The notes beneath the pieces were generated by a model, which was given only the letters and a program-made list of their open reading frames with translations, searched no databases and was not told the DNA's origin. A program made the translations under genes and the position numbers. A stretch of 64,000 bases of DNA, taken from the NCBI GenBank assembly GCA_035534915.1, contig DATLQZ010000111.1, positions 16,258 through 80,257 of the forward strand. Reading direction: 5' to 3'. The first letter of the stretch is position 1. Each line of letters starts with the position of its first letter. This DNA is from Candidatus Dormiibacterota bacterium. Its GTDB lineage: Bacteria; Chloroflexota; Dormibacteria; Aeolococcales; Bog-877. Below are positions 26,934 to 36,208 of this stretch, one piece after another.

Positions 26934-29915
26934 GTGATCGTCACCCGCAGCCACGCCGGCGTCCGGCAGATGTCGGATCGGATCGAGGCGCTGCTGCCAG
27001 ATGCCCACGTGCCTCCGGTTCTGCTCACCCATGAGGGTCTCGCCAAGCTTGTGCTGCGGGAGACAGGGCAGCCAGAGCGATCGATAGTGGCCGCCAATGG
27101 GATCGCCGAATGGACCGCCATGAGCGCGGCGCTCACACAGTCTCTGCCTCTGCTTGACAGGCTCCGGCCGCTGGCCGAGGACCCTGGTTGCATCGAGGAC
27201 CTGCTCGCTTTCACTTCGGCGGTCAAGCAGGCGCTGGTCGGTCCCGGTCTGCTGGCGGGCAGGCTCCTGGCGGAGGTCGGCGTCCTGGCCGAGCTAGCGG
27301 TGGTTGTGGCCAGCTACCAAGGGGTCCTTGAGCGGATGGGGGCACGTGACAGCAGGGATCTGGTGGCCGAGGCCGTCGGAGCCCTCCAGACAAACTCCGA
27401 ACTACTTTGCGAATGGGCCGACTGGTTGCTGGTCGACGAGGCAGAGGACTTGAGCCCGGCCCAGTGGCATCTCATCCAGCAACTGGGAAACCGGCTATCC
27501 CAGCCCCGGCGTCTGCTTTTGGCCGGGGACCCCAGAGTTGCCCTCCCGGCACTCGCCGGCCCCTCCGCCCGCTCCTTCGAGGAGCTGTTCCCCCAGCAGA
27601 TGCGACCTACCGAGTGGGTGCTGGAGGAGGGAGCCTCCAGTTGGGGCAGGTGGGTCGCTGGGGCTCTCGAGCTGCAGCCCTCTCGACTTCCCCCAGAGGC
27701 GCTCACGGTCGCTGCCCCCGGAGAGGTGGAGTCGACTCCGGCCAGCGGCAGGATCTGGGCGGCATCGGATGAGACGGATGAGGCTTTTGCGATCGCCCGT
27801 GAGATCCAGCGCGCTCGGCTAGCCGGGGAGGTCTCCTACGACGAGGTTGGAATCCTGCTCTGGGATCAGGCTTCCCAGTTCGGCCAGATAGCGGAGGCGC
27901 TGCGAGCGATTGGAGTTCCGTTCCGGAGCGAGCGCCAGAAGTGGCAGGGCAGCGTCGCAGTCCGTGTCATCCTGCTCTGGCTCGAAGCGCTCCTTGCCCC
28001 CGGATCAGATTTGGCGGTCCTCCCCATCCTCGTCGAGGGTCCCAGCTCGTCCGAACCAGCGGAAGTCTGGAAGCTGCGCCAAGAGGCGGCTCGGCACCAG
28101 CGGTCTATTTCCGATGCCCTGCTTCGGCTGGCGGCGAGCGCTTCTGACAGCTCCACCGCTGCACCGATGGTCCGACTGGCGCTGCTTTGGCAGAGCGTGC
28201 GCAATGTAGTGACCGGCTACCGCCCTGCCCAGCTCTCAGGCGCGGACTTTGCGGCCTTGCTCTCCGAAATCGAACTGGGCACTGGGCTCTCCCAGTTGGC
28301 TCTAGGCGATGGTGACACCGCATCCGCCATCGCCAACCTGAGTTTGGCAGTGGACGAAGCGGTCGAGACGATGGAGCGGATCGGAGAGCCAGTGGCAACT
28401 CTCTCGCATTGGGTGCGCCTCCTTAGGGTCGGCATGCGCCGCTCTGGTTGGACAGATGAGGGTGCGCCCGCAGGCGGATTCCCGGAGGTGTCCGTCCTGT
28501 CCGTTTTGCGGTCCAAGGGTCGGCAGTGGCGGCGAGTCTTCCTGCCCGGGTCAGTGGACGGCATAGTTCCCGACTCTCGAGCGAAGCTGGGAATGCTCGG
28601 TTTTCAGGAGACCGAGCGCCTTGTGGAATTGGTCCCCGAGCTAGAGGATGTGATGACGGCACCTGGTCAGGCCAGGGAGCGCGCGCGGAGTCTGGTATTC
28701 ACAGCCTTGACCCGCAGCAGTGAGCAGATCACTGTGTCCTGGGTACGGCGCGCCGGGGAGCGCGACTGTCAGCCTTCTCCCGTCCTGGCTCAGCTGTCGG
28801 CTGCGGGACTAGCCCAGGGGCCTGCGCCCAGCGCCTTTCCCGTAACGCGCGCGGACTGCGTCGCTCTTGGTGCCGCCACCTGCGACAGAAATACACTCGC
28901 TGACTACTCTGCGGAATGGCCCTCCTTCGCGGAGCAGACCGAGAGCCTGGCGGCCTGCCTAGAGCCCTGGGACCCTGTGGCGGGATCGGAAGCTCTGATG
29001 AGATCCGACCTGAGCGCCACCTCAGTTCGTGCCTGGCTGGCCTGCCCGCGGTTGCACTACTACGGCCTGCTGCGGCCAAGGCAGACAGATTCCGCCCCTT
29101 TGGTCCTGGGGATAGCAGCGCACCGACTGCTCGAGATCGCCCACAGTCGCGCTCTCGGGTCCACCAAGGAGGTGGGTTCCTTTATATCCGCAGCGCAGGA
29201 GATTGTCACTCAGGAGCTGATGCCAGAGGTGCGCAGCCGCCTGGTGGACCATCTCCTCGCCCTCTTCGTGGAGCTTTGGCTTGGGCAGATGATCGTTCGC
29301 TGGGCGAACCTGATCGTGGGTCCGGATGGAACCGGCACTCAGCTGGCCAGTGAGGTTCGTTTCCGCCTCGATCGGGGACTTCTCAGACTGAGCGGCAAGG
29401 TGGATGCTCTGTGGCGCCATCACGACGGGTCTCTTGAGGTGGTCGACTTCAAGACCTCCTCCTCCGATCTTCCGACCGGCCCCGCCCTCGCTCGACAGCT
29501 GTTCGGAACCGAGGAGGAAGGCCCCAGCGACTGGCAGCTGCCACTCTATGTGATGGCGGCCCGATCCGGGGCCTTTTCGGAGCTGGTCGGCGGTGACCTT
29601 CCCGGGCTAGCCCGCAACTGGTACGTCGGCGCGGATCCGGGCCGGCAAACGGCCTTGGTGGCTAGGGGCTTTCGGCTCGGTGCCCCGGCTGACGCCCCTT
29701 CCCGCGGGATGTATGGTCTTAGCTGGGACCAGCTCGACCGACTCGAGTCCGAGTTGCAAAAGCAGGCAGAGCTGATCCTTGCAGGGCAGTTTCCAGCAGC
29801 GCCCCGACACAGCGGGCACACCTGCCGCGACCACCGCGGTTGCCCCCTCGAGAGCTGCTGTGATGGCGAGGGGACGGTCGGCGCGCAAGTGAGGGTCCCG
29901 GGGCCGAAGCCTTGA
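26934..29915 (+). CDS. AddB/AdnA-like helicase-nuclease subunit (degenerate SF1 motifs + C-terminal PD-(D/E)XK nuclease with 4-Cys cluster); real start probably upstream (CTG 26784/26796)
   Basis: LLVDEAEDLSP (motif II-like), FTALTRSSEQITVSW (motif VI-like). Nuclease: WLACPRLHYY, VDALWRHHDGSLEVVDFKTS, QLPLY, C-X6-C-X4-CC tail. An in-frame P-loop GGPSSGKS lies upstream of the first GTG. Confidence 0.8.
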   Translation: MIVTRSHAGVRQMSDRIEALLPDAHVPPVLLTHEGLAKLVLRETGQPERSIVAANGIAEWTAMSAALTQSLPLLDRLRPLAEDPGCIEDLLAFTSAVKQALVGPGLLAGRLLAEVGVLAELAVVVASYQGVLERMGARDSRDLVAEAVGALQTNSELLCEWADWLLVDEAEDLSPAQWHLIQQLGNRLSQPRRLLLAGDPRVALPALAGPSARSFEELFPQQMRPTEWVLEEGASSWGRWVAGALELQPSRLPPEALTVAAPGEVESTPASGRIWAASDETDEAFAIAREIQRARLAGEVSYDEVGILLWDQASQFGQIAEALRAIGVPFRSERQKWQGSVAVRVILLWLEALLAPGSDLAVLPILVEGPSSSEPAEVWKLRQEAARHQRSISDALLRLAASASDSSTAAPMVRLALLWQSVRNVVTGYRPAQLSGADFAALLSEIELGTGLSQLALGDGDTASAIANLSLAVDEAVETMERIGEPVATLSHWVRLLRVGMRRSGWTDEGAPAGGFPEVSVLSVLRSKGRQWRRVFLPGSVDGIVPDSRAKLGMLGFQETERLVELVPELEDVMTAPGQARERARSLVFTALTRSSEQITVSWVRRAGERDCQPSPVLAQLSAAGLAQGPAPSAFPVTRADCVALGAATCDRNTLADYSAEWPSFAEQTESLAACLEPWDPVAGSEALMRSDLSATSVRAWLACPRLHYYGLLRPRQTDSAPLVLGIAAHRLLEIAHSRALGSTKEVGSFISAAQEIVTQELMPEVRSRLVDHLLALFVELWLGQMIVRWANLIVGPDGTGTQLASEVRFRLDRGLLRLSGKVDALWRHHDGSLEVVDFKTSSSDLPTGPALARQLFGTEEEGPSDWQLPLYVMAARSGAFSELVGGDLPGLARNWYVGADPGRQTALVARGFRLGAPADAPSRGMYGLSWDQLDRLESELQKQAELILAGQFPAAPRHSGHTCRDHRGCPLESCCDGEGTVGAQVRVPGPKP

Positions 29916-32900
29916 GCAGGGAGCTCCAAGAGAGGCTGATTGCCCAGCTGACGGCGGCGCAGCAGGAGGTGGTGGGCGAAAGGGGGCGAGGTCCTATCAA
30001 GGTGATTGCCGCCGCTGGCAGCGGCAAGACAACCACGATGGCTGCCCTGTACGCCCTGGCTGTTCTGGACGGGCTGCTGCCAACTCAGATCCTCGCCGTC
30101 ACCTTCACCGAGCGAGCGGCCGAAGAACTAAGGCAACGGATATCGGCCACCTTGGCGGAGGTTGACAGCGCTGGTGCTGGGCGAGGACCTGCCTTGCTGG
30201 ATGGTGCCTGGATCGGAACCTTCCACCATGTGGCACGACGCCTCATCGCCGAGCAGGCATACGCCGCCGGGGTGCCTCGGGATCTCCGCACGCTGGACGA
30301 TCTCGAGGCGAGGATGGAACTTGAGCGCGCCGCTCGAACCGTTCGCGATGAGCTGCCTCGCAAACTGCATAGCCAAGCCCTCTTCCCTCTCAATCTGCAT
30401 CCGCGGGGGCTGCTGGCGATTTCGGACGGGGTGATCGACGCGGTGTCGCGACTGCGATCGACCGAGCTGTCACCGGCGGTTTGTCGCCGCCTTTCGGAAG
30501 CGGCATATCGGCGTTTCGCCGCCGCCGGAGACCCCGAGGAGGAGCTCAGCTGGCATCGTCTGGCGCTGGAGGTGACGTTGGCGGTGTGGGAGGAGTACGA
30601 GGCTACCCTCTCATCTCAGCGATGCCTCGACTTCGACGGCCTGTTGCGGCTGGCGCTGTCTGCCTTGACCCAGTCCCGGGGGCTCGGCGCCTGGTGCCAC
30701 GCAAATTTTCAACTTGTCATCGTCGACGAGTTCCAGGACACCAGCGCCATCCAGAGCGCCCTGTTGGACCAGGTGGTGGGGAGCCGGCCCCAGAAGCTGT
30801 TCGTGGTGGGCGATGCCAGGCAGTCGATTTTCGCCTTTCGTGACGCCAAGCCAGGAATCATGGAAGCCGCCCCCGGACGTTCTCTACGGCTGTTTCGAAA
30901 TCACCGCTCGCGCTGGCCGATCCTCGCTGCGGCCGACCATGTGATTCGGGCGGACCAGCAGTTCGCCGCTGATCTCCCGATGGAGGTCGCTCGCCAGGAG
31001 GCTCAAGCTCTTCCTGTACTTCTGGGATTGGCCCCCGATCCTGACCGGGAGGCCGAGGGCATCGCCGAGTTTCTGGAGTTGTGTCACTGCGAGGGCGTCC
31101 CAGGGCCGGACGGGGAGCTGCGGAAGGTGGGCTACGAGGAGATGGCGGTCCTGGCCTACACGTTCTCGAAGTTGGGGGCTCCTCTGGAGGATGCGCTGAG
31201 ACGCCGGGGAGTTCCGTTTCGGACGGCGACCGGCGGCCTGCTCCGAAGGCCGGAGATTAAGGACGCACTTGCGCTCCTTAGGCTGATCGTTGACCCCGAT
31301 GATGACTTGGCCTGGATCCGGGTGCTGCAGAGCGCCTGGATCAGGGTTAGCGACTCCCAGATGCTGCGAGTTTGCGCTCCCGGGGGTGTCGAGAATCGGC
31401 CGATCTGCGAGCGGGTGGAGGCCAGCCTGAGCGGGGGTGGATGGGACCCAGACGTTGCTGTCAGGGTTAGCCGGCTACTCTCGACCGCCAGAGAGCTGCA
31501 CGAGGCATCCAAGGTGAGGGCGGCGCCGCAGTTGGTGCCAGAGGCTATCGCGGCAAGCGGTCTTTTGGCGTATCACGAGGCGTGGGCGCTCGTGGAACCA
31601 GAGGAGGGGGGTAGGGCGCTGGCGGCGCTGCGATCACTAAATCGGGTTGCGATCTCCAGCCAGGCGAACGGCTCTTGGCTGGGGCTGGGTGGTTTCCTGG
31701 AGAGGCTCGGCACGATGGCGAAGTTGAGCGGGCGAGCTGAACCGCCGCCGCCAGGTGATCGGGCTGTGGTCACCCTGAGCACCATCCACCGCGCCAAGGG
31801 ACTGGAGTGGTCCGTGGTGGTGCTGGCGGACTGTCGGTCGCACCACCAACGGGGCCGCCCCGCCGTGGTGTGGGACCGGGGTGAGGCTTGCTTGGAGATG
31901 CCGGCAGTGGCGGGCAAAAACACCGCGGCAGGTGAGCGCTGGAAGGCCACCGCGGACGCTAGGGTGGCCCTTGAAGAGCACCGTCGGTTGGTGTACGTGG
32001 CGATGACCCGGGCCCGAGATCTACTTCTGGTCTCCACCACTCGGTCCAGGGCAACTGTTGCGGCGGATTCGGTCGAGGAACTCTCGGCTCAGCTCTGGGC
32101 TGGCGCCGCAGCTAAAGGGGAGTTTGCTGAACTAGTGAAGGCGCTGGGAGCAGGCGAGGAGTGGGTTGGGGCTCTTCCGGGATTCCCCGATTCGGTGCAG
32201 CTTCCGTGGGTTCAGGGGCCAGAGGTCTCGCTGCCAGGTCGTTCCGAAGTCGCGGCGGACCGGGCCCTAAGGCAGGCTGATTCTCGGCGGCTGGCAACCA
32301 AGTGGGAGCAGATTGAGGCTTTGGAGATTGGCTCCGTTGCGCGGCGGCCGCTGTCATCGGCACGGCTCAGCTTCAGCGGGCTTCGGCTGCTCGAACTCTG
32401 TCCCCGCCAATACTGGTTCCAACACGTTGCACACTTTCAGTCCCGCAGCCGGGGCGGCAACTCCGAGGACGCGGCAGCGGGGGAGTTTGGCGGCCACGAC
32501 GGTCGCGCTGCAAGGTCTCGGGAGCTGGGCTCGCTGGTCCATGCGGTGCTTGAGCGTGCCCATCGGATCCACCCGGATGCCGTCCCATCCACGTCCGAGG
32601 TGGAGTCTATTGCGGGGCGACTGGGGCAGGGTCTGTCTGACTCTGAGCTGCAACCGGCGCTGGAGTTGCTGCGTGGCTATTGCACGACGGCGGTGGCTGG
32701 GCTGCCCACAGTGGCCACCGAGCTACCTTTCTTCTGGCGGGGCTGGGCTGGGATTGGAGTCCCCCCGCTGGTGGGAGTGGTCGACCGGGTTGCGGTGCTG
32801 GAAGACGGCGCCCGGCTGGTGCTGGACTACAAGACCAACTACTCTCTGAACAGCGAGCAGCTTGTGGCCTATTCCCACCAGCTGCGCCTTTACGCGATGG

Positions 32901-33175
32901 CACTGGACGCGGCCGCTGACCCGTCCGCGGCACCAACCCAGGCGGCGCTGGTGGTGCTCAGGACCCGGCAGCTCATTCCCGTGGACTGCAGCGCCGAGGC
33001 GCGTCAGCGTAGCCGCGAGTGGGGCGCATCATTGGCGGGCCATTTGGCGGGAGGAGGCGAATTCTCGGCGTTGGGCCACCCCAACAGACCCTGCTCAGAC
33101 TGTCCGTTCGAACCTATCTGCCCAGAACGACGAACTCGCCCGCAGGTAGCTGCGGAGAGGACCCAGGACAGCTGA
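29912..33175 (+). CDS. UvrD/Rep-type SF1 helicase with C-terminal PD-(D/E)XK nuclease (AddA/AdnB-like subunit)
   Basis: AAAGSGKTTT, VIVDEFQDTS, GDARQSIFAFRDA, NHRS, TIHRAKGLEW, VYVAMTRARDLL. Nuclease: LLELCPRQYWF, VLDYKTN, QLRLYA, CSDCPFEPIC. 4-nt overlap with the upstream subunit. Confidence 0.9.
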   Translation: MSRELQERLIAQLTAAQQEVVGERGRGPIKVIAAAGSGKTTTMAALYALAVLDGLLPTQILAVTFTERAAEELRQRISATLAEVDSAGAGRGPALLDGAWIGTFHHVARRLIAEQAYAAGVPRDLRTLDDLEARMELERAARTVRDELPRKLHSQALFPLNLHPRGLLAISDGVIDAVSRLRSTELSPAVCRRLSEAAYRRFAAAGDPEEELSWHRLALEVTLAVWEEYEATLSSQRCLDFDGLLRLALSALTQSRGLGAWCHANFQLVIVDEFQDTSAIQSALLDQVVGSRPQKLFVVGDARQSIFAFRDAKPGIMEAAPGRSLRLFRNHRSRWPILAAADHVIRADQQFAADLPMEVARQEAQALPVLLGLAPDPDREAEGIAEFLELCHCEGVPGPDGELRKVGYEEMAVLAYTFSKLGAPLEDALRRRGVPFRTATGGLLRRPEIKDALALLRLIVDPDDDLAWIRVLQSAWIRVSDSQMLRVCAPGGVENRPICERVEASLSGGGWDPDVAVRVSRLLSTARELHEASKVRAAPQLVPEAIAASGLLAYHEAWALVEPEEGGRALAALRSLNRVAISSQANGSWLGLGGFLERLGTMAKLSGRAEPPPPGDRAVVTLSTIHRAKGLEWSVVVLADCRSHHQRGRPAVVWDRGEACLEMPAVAGKNTAAGERWKATADARVALEEHRRLVYVAMTRARDLLLVSTTRSRATVAADSVEELSAQLWAGAAAKGEFAELVKALGAGEEWVGALPGFPDSVQLPWVQGPEVSLPGRSEVAADRALRQADSRRLATKWEQIEALEIGSVARRPLSSARLSFSGLRLLELCPRQYWFQHVAHFQSRSRGGNSEDAAAGEFGGHDGRAARSRELGSLVHAVLERAHRIHPDAVPSTSEVESIAGRLGQGLSDSELQPALELLRGYCTTAVAGLPTVATELPFFWRGWAGIGVPPLVGVVDRVAVLEDGARLVLDYKTNYSLNSEQLVAYSHQLRLYAMALDAAADPSAAPTQAALVVLRTRQLIPVDCSAEARQRSREWGASLAGHLAGGGEFSALGHPNRPCSDCPFEPICPERRTRPQVAAERTQDS

Positions 33176-33203
33176 CCGGCGGGCGGCCGTCTGGGTCCGC
33201 GGG

Positions 33204-33542
33204 TCAGGAGCCCAGCCGAAAGAGCTGGGGTAGTTTCATCGCGAGCCCCATATCCCCTTTGACCTTGAGTTTGCCGGTCATGAAAGCCATGGTCCCGTCC
33301 AGCCGGCCGGAGATCAACTTGACGAAGTTCTCGTCTCCGATCGTGATGGTGATGTTCGGGCTTTGGGAGTCGCCCTTCTGAACCACGCAGGCTCCGTCCT
33401 TTATCTCAACGAACCAGCGACCGCCCTGCTCGCCAGAGATATCCCACTGGAAGGTTGCAGTCACTCCCTGTGCCTTCTCCGCCTGGAAGGCAGACGGGAT
33501 CCGGTCCATGATCTCTTGCGGAGTCAACTCTGTCTCAGCCAT
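33204..33542 (-). CDS. SCP2 sterol-binding domain protein
   Basis: ATFQWDISGEQGGRWFVEIKDG...FVKLISGRLDGTMAFMTGKLKVKGDMGLAMKL is the classic SCP-2 pattern. Confidence 0.8.
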   Translation of the reverse strand: MAETELTPQEIMDRIPSAFQAEKAQGVTATFQWDISGEQGGRWFVEIKDGACVVQKGDSQSPNITITIGDENFVKLISGRLDGTMAFMTGKLKVKGDMGLAMKLPQLFRLGS

Positions 33543-33813
33543 CTTGAGGTCTCCTCAACCCTCACCGAAGGTGGGGTGGTCGAACGAATACTGCTTGCCT
33601 GAGGTGGTGTCGGTCGATGAATGCCGGCTCCGCACCGGCTTGGGTGAGAGGGAGGATCGGACTCAATCATCCCCGAAGGTCCCCGTGCGGCGGGACGAAG
33701 GGTCGCTGATCCGTAACGACAACGCCGGGTGACAGCGGGTTCGCCGAGGCCCTTTGCCACTGTCGCTCGCGGCTGCTGCTCCTCTTTTCACGGCATCCGG
33801 TGGCAGCCAGGGC

Positions 33814-34782
33814 TCAACTCTTAGTCGGCGGCCGCATCCGCGCGTTGCCCTGCTCAAGCAGGGTGAAGGGCCAGCGCTTGGGCTTGCGGAGGTAGCCCAG
33901 GTTGGGAGCCAGCCGGGACGGCTCGAAGCCGAACCCAGTCGCGACCGAGTCGCGCGCAGTGATGTTGGGCTTGACCAGCATGTCAAGTTGCTGTGGTGTC
34001 ACCAGCGGATGGGGCATGATCTTATCCATCAGGATTGCCCCTGGCCGGATGAGGCGTGGGTCCAGATGCAGGGGGCGGCGCTTGGTTATCCCGAACCACT
34101 CCTTCCCAGTGGCCGCAGCCACGTCAATCGTGATCTGCTCCAGCGTGAGATGTTCCGGTCCCCCGATCTCGTAGATGTGCCCGTTTCGGTCCTCATCCTC
34201 GACGGCTGCTCGGAGGCACCGCGCCACATCGTCGGCCGCGATGGGTTGGAAGATGGCGGTGCCGTCGCCGGGCACGACCAGGAATGGTGCGGGCAGGCTG
34301 ATCGCCTTGGCGAGGAGGCTGAAGAAGCCATCGCGTTCCCCGAAGATAACCGAGGAACGCAGGACGACCCACTCCAGTCCGCTACCCCTGATCCACTGCT
34401 CGCCCTGCCACTTGCTGAACAGGTAGGGAAAGTTGGGATCGGGGTCCGCGCCGATGGCTGACAGTTGGACCAAGCGGCGAACTCCCGCACGTTGAGCGGC
34501 CTCCACCACATGGGCAGTGCCTCGGGAGTTGACCGAGTCGAAGGTCTGGACCCCCTGGTTGCGGATCACCGCGACCAGGTTGACCACCACGTCGGCGTCT
34601 TGGAACGCCTCCTCCAGGCCAGCCCCGGTAAGGACATCGCCGAAGGTGGGAGCCAGTCCAGAGGGAAGGGTGCTCGGGCGCGTCCCGCGCCCGAGTACCC
34701 GAATCTCGTGCCCCGACTCCAGCAGCAGGGGAACCAGATGAGAACCGACGAAACCGGTCCCGCCGGTCACCGCTACTCGCAT
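33814..34782 (-). CDS. NAD(P)H-binding atypical SDR (NDUFA9/NmrA-like)
   Basis: MRVAVTGGTGFVGSHLV Rossmann motif. Length and C-terminal region resemble complex-I NDUFA9-family proteins. Confidence 0.8.
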   Translation of the reverse strand: MRVAVTGGTGFVGSHLVPLLLESGHEIRVLGRGTRPSTLPSGLAPTFGDVLTGAGLEEAFQDADVVVNLVAVIRNQGVQTFDSVNSRGTAHVVEAAQRAGVRRLVQLSAIGADPDPNFPYLFSKWQGEQWIRGSGLEWVVLRSSVIFGERDGFFSLLAKAISLPAPFLVVPGDGTAIFQPIAADDVARCLRAAVEDEDRNGHIYEIGGPEHLTLEQITIDVAAATGKEWFGITKRRPLHLDPRLIRPGAILMDKIMPHPLVTPQQLDMLVKPNITARDSVATGFGFEPSRLAPNLGYLRKPKRWPFTLLEQGNARMRPPTKS

Positions 34783-34810
34783 CGGACGCCTCCCTCTGAC
34801 AAGAGTCGGC

Positions 34811-35161
34811 TTAGCGCTTGGCGGGGCGACGGCGGGGGGCGGTCTTGCCGGCTACGGAGCTTTTGAGAGCTGTCGCCGGGTAGAAGCGAACCTTCTGGGT
34901 CGCGGGCACCCGGACCATCTCCTGGGTCTGAGGGTTGCGGCGCATGCCCGCCGCAGTCTCGCGGAGCTTCCACCTGCCGAATCCGGCAATGGCGACCTCC
35001 TCTCCTGCCTCCAGCCTTTGGCCGATCAGGTCGAAGATGAGCTTCAGAGTGTCGTCAGCCATGGCGAAGTTCTGAAAGATGGACTCACTGGTTCCGTCCT
35101 CGTATTGAACGACGACCTTGCTTTGTAGGGTTTTGGCCAACTCGCGACGGTTCATAGACAA
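34811..35161 (-). CDS. HU/IHF-family DNA-binding protein with short basic tail
   Basis: FGRWKLRETAAGMRRNPQTQEMVRVPATQKVRFYP is the HU beta-arm. C-terminal KTAPRRRPAKR tail. Confidence 0.8.
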   Translation of the reverse strand: MSMNRRELAKTLQSKVVVQYEDGTSESIFQNFAMADDTLKLIFDLIGQRLEAGEEVAIAGFGRWKLRETAAGMRRNPQTQEMVRVPATQKVRFYPATALKSSVAGKTAPRRRPAKR

Positions 35162-35294
35162 GCCTCCCTGCTACTGCGGAGTTGAACGTTATCCGCTTTA
35201 TGTAAGGGATTTTAGACAGATGAGGGGGTGACTTGCAGGGTTTTGATCTCGTTTGTGGGGTGGGCTTGCTCGCTGCCGAGACCGCGGATGCGAT

Positions 35295-35323
35295 TTGCGT
35301 TAGCGAACAGAAGTTCGTATAAT
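35295..35323 (+). promoter_or_regulatory. Near-consensus sigma-70-type promoter TTGCGT-N17-TATAAT upstream of imuA
   Basis: Read directly: -35 at 35295..35300 and -10 at 35318..35323. The spacer is occupied by the LexA box. Confidence 0.6.
35304..35317. promoter_or_regulatory. LexA operator (SOS/Cheo box) CGAACAGAAGTTCG
   Basis: Perfect CGAAC-N4-GTTCG palindrome abutting the -10 hexamer and directly upstream of an imuA-imuB pair. Confidence 0.75.
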
Positions 35324-35458
35324 CGAGCCGAGCCTCACTCCCTGCTCTGGCGATCTGCTTCGGGGTGCTCTGATGGCCTTCTGGTGGGACTTGATTTGCC
35401 TTTGGACGTTCCCGGTCACGGTGGCGGCAGCGCTGGCACCGCCTCTTTGGAGCTTGCC

Positions 35459-36208
35459 ATGGCGGCGCTGGGTCGTCGCTACGGTCGGGTGGTGGTGCGT
35501 GCCGGTGGGAATCCGAGCCGGGGAGGGCTGCAGACGGGGATCGGATCTCTGGATGCGCTCTTTCCAGAGGCGGGCCTGCCTCGGGGTCGACTGAGCTGGA
35601 TCAGAGGGGAGTCTGGGGCAGGGAACTTTGATCTCGGCCTGGCGCTGTTGGCTCGGCTGTCACTTGCCCTGCCTGTGGCTGTAGTCGACTTCGACCATAG
35701 GGTGGACCCCGGTGATGTGGCGGACTATGGCGGGGAATTGGGGCACTGCTGGGTGGTGCGGCCCAGGACCCTGGAACAGGGCTGGGCCGCCGCGCGCTCG
35801 CTGCTCAAAGCGGGAGTTGAGTTCTGCCTGCTGCAGGCGGCCAAGTGGCCCCCTGTGGGCCGGGCCATTCCTGCCTTGTTGTTGGCAGCGCTGGAGGAGG
35901 GCAGCGGGGTTGCGGTGATGGGAGGAGGGCTGACGGTGCCTCTGGAGGTGGGGGGGAGGCTGAGTGTCGAGCTCTCATGCCGGCGTGTGGGGTGGTCGAT
36001 GGCGCACGGGGATGTGGCCGGAGTCCTGATACATCTTCTGGTTGCGCGCAGCCGAATGTCTCCTTCGGGGAGGGGCTGTGAGCTTCGGATCGACTTCCCC
36101 AGGCCGTACCCAAGGACAGCTGGGATTGTGGATCTGGGGATGCTCAGCTCCTCTGGACTGAGCGACTCCAATCCCTGGACGACTCCTCTTGCAGTGGCGG
36201 AGAGATGA
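35459..36208 (+). CDS. imuA: ImuA-like RecA-fold protein (SulA/ImuA family) of the SOS mutagenesis cassette
   Basis: TGIGSLDALFPEAGLPRGRLSWIRGESGAGNFDLGLALLARL matches the ImuA P-loop-like region. The ORF-track start 35228 lies upstream of the promoter and LexA box, so I preferred ATG 35459 (GGAG 7 nt upstream). GTG 35384 is also possible. Confidence 0.7.
   Translation: MAALGRRYGRVVVRAGGNPSRGGLQTGIGSLDALFPEAGLPRGRLSWIRGESGAGNFDLGLALLARLSLALPVAVVDFDHRVDPGDVADYGGELGHCWVVRPRTLEQGWAAARSLLKAGVEFCLLQAAKWPPVGRAIPALLLAALEEGSGVAVMGGGLTVPLEVGGRLSVELSCRRVGWSMAHGDVAGVLIHLLVARSRMSPSGRGCELRIDFPRPYPRTAGIVDLGMLSSSGLSDSNPWTTPLAVAER

Noticed and set aside
33543-33813. 270-bp spacer containing GCCACTG, reminiscent of the cobalamin-riboswitch core.
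   Set aside because: The motif is on the plus strand while both flanking genes are on the minus strand. The other B12-element blocks (GGTG..AA.TCC, AGGGAA) are not present.
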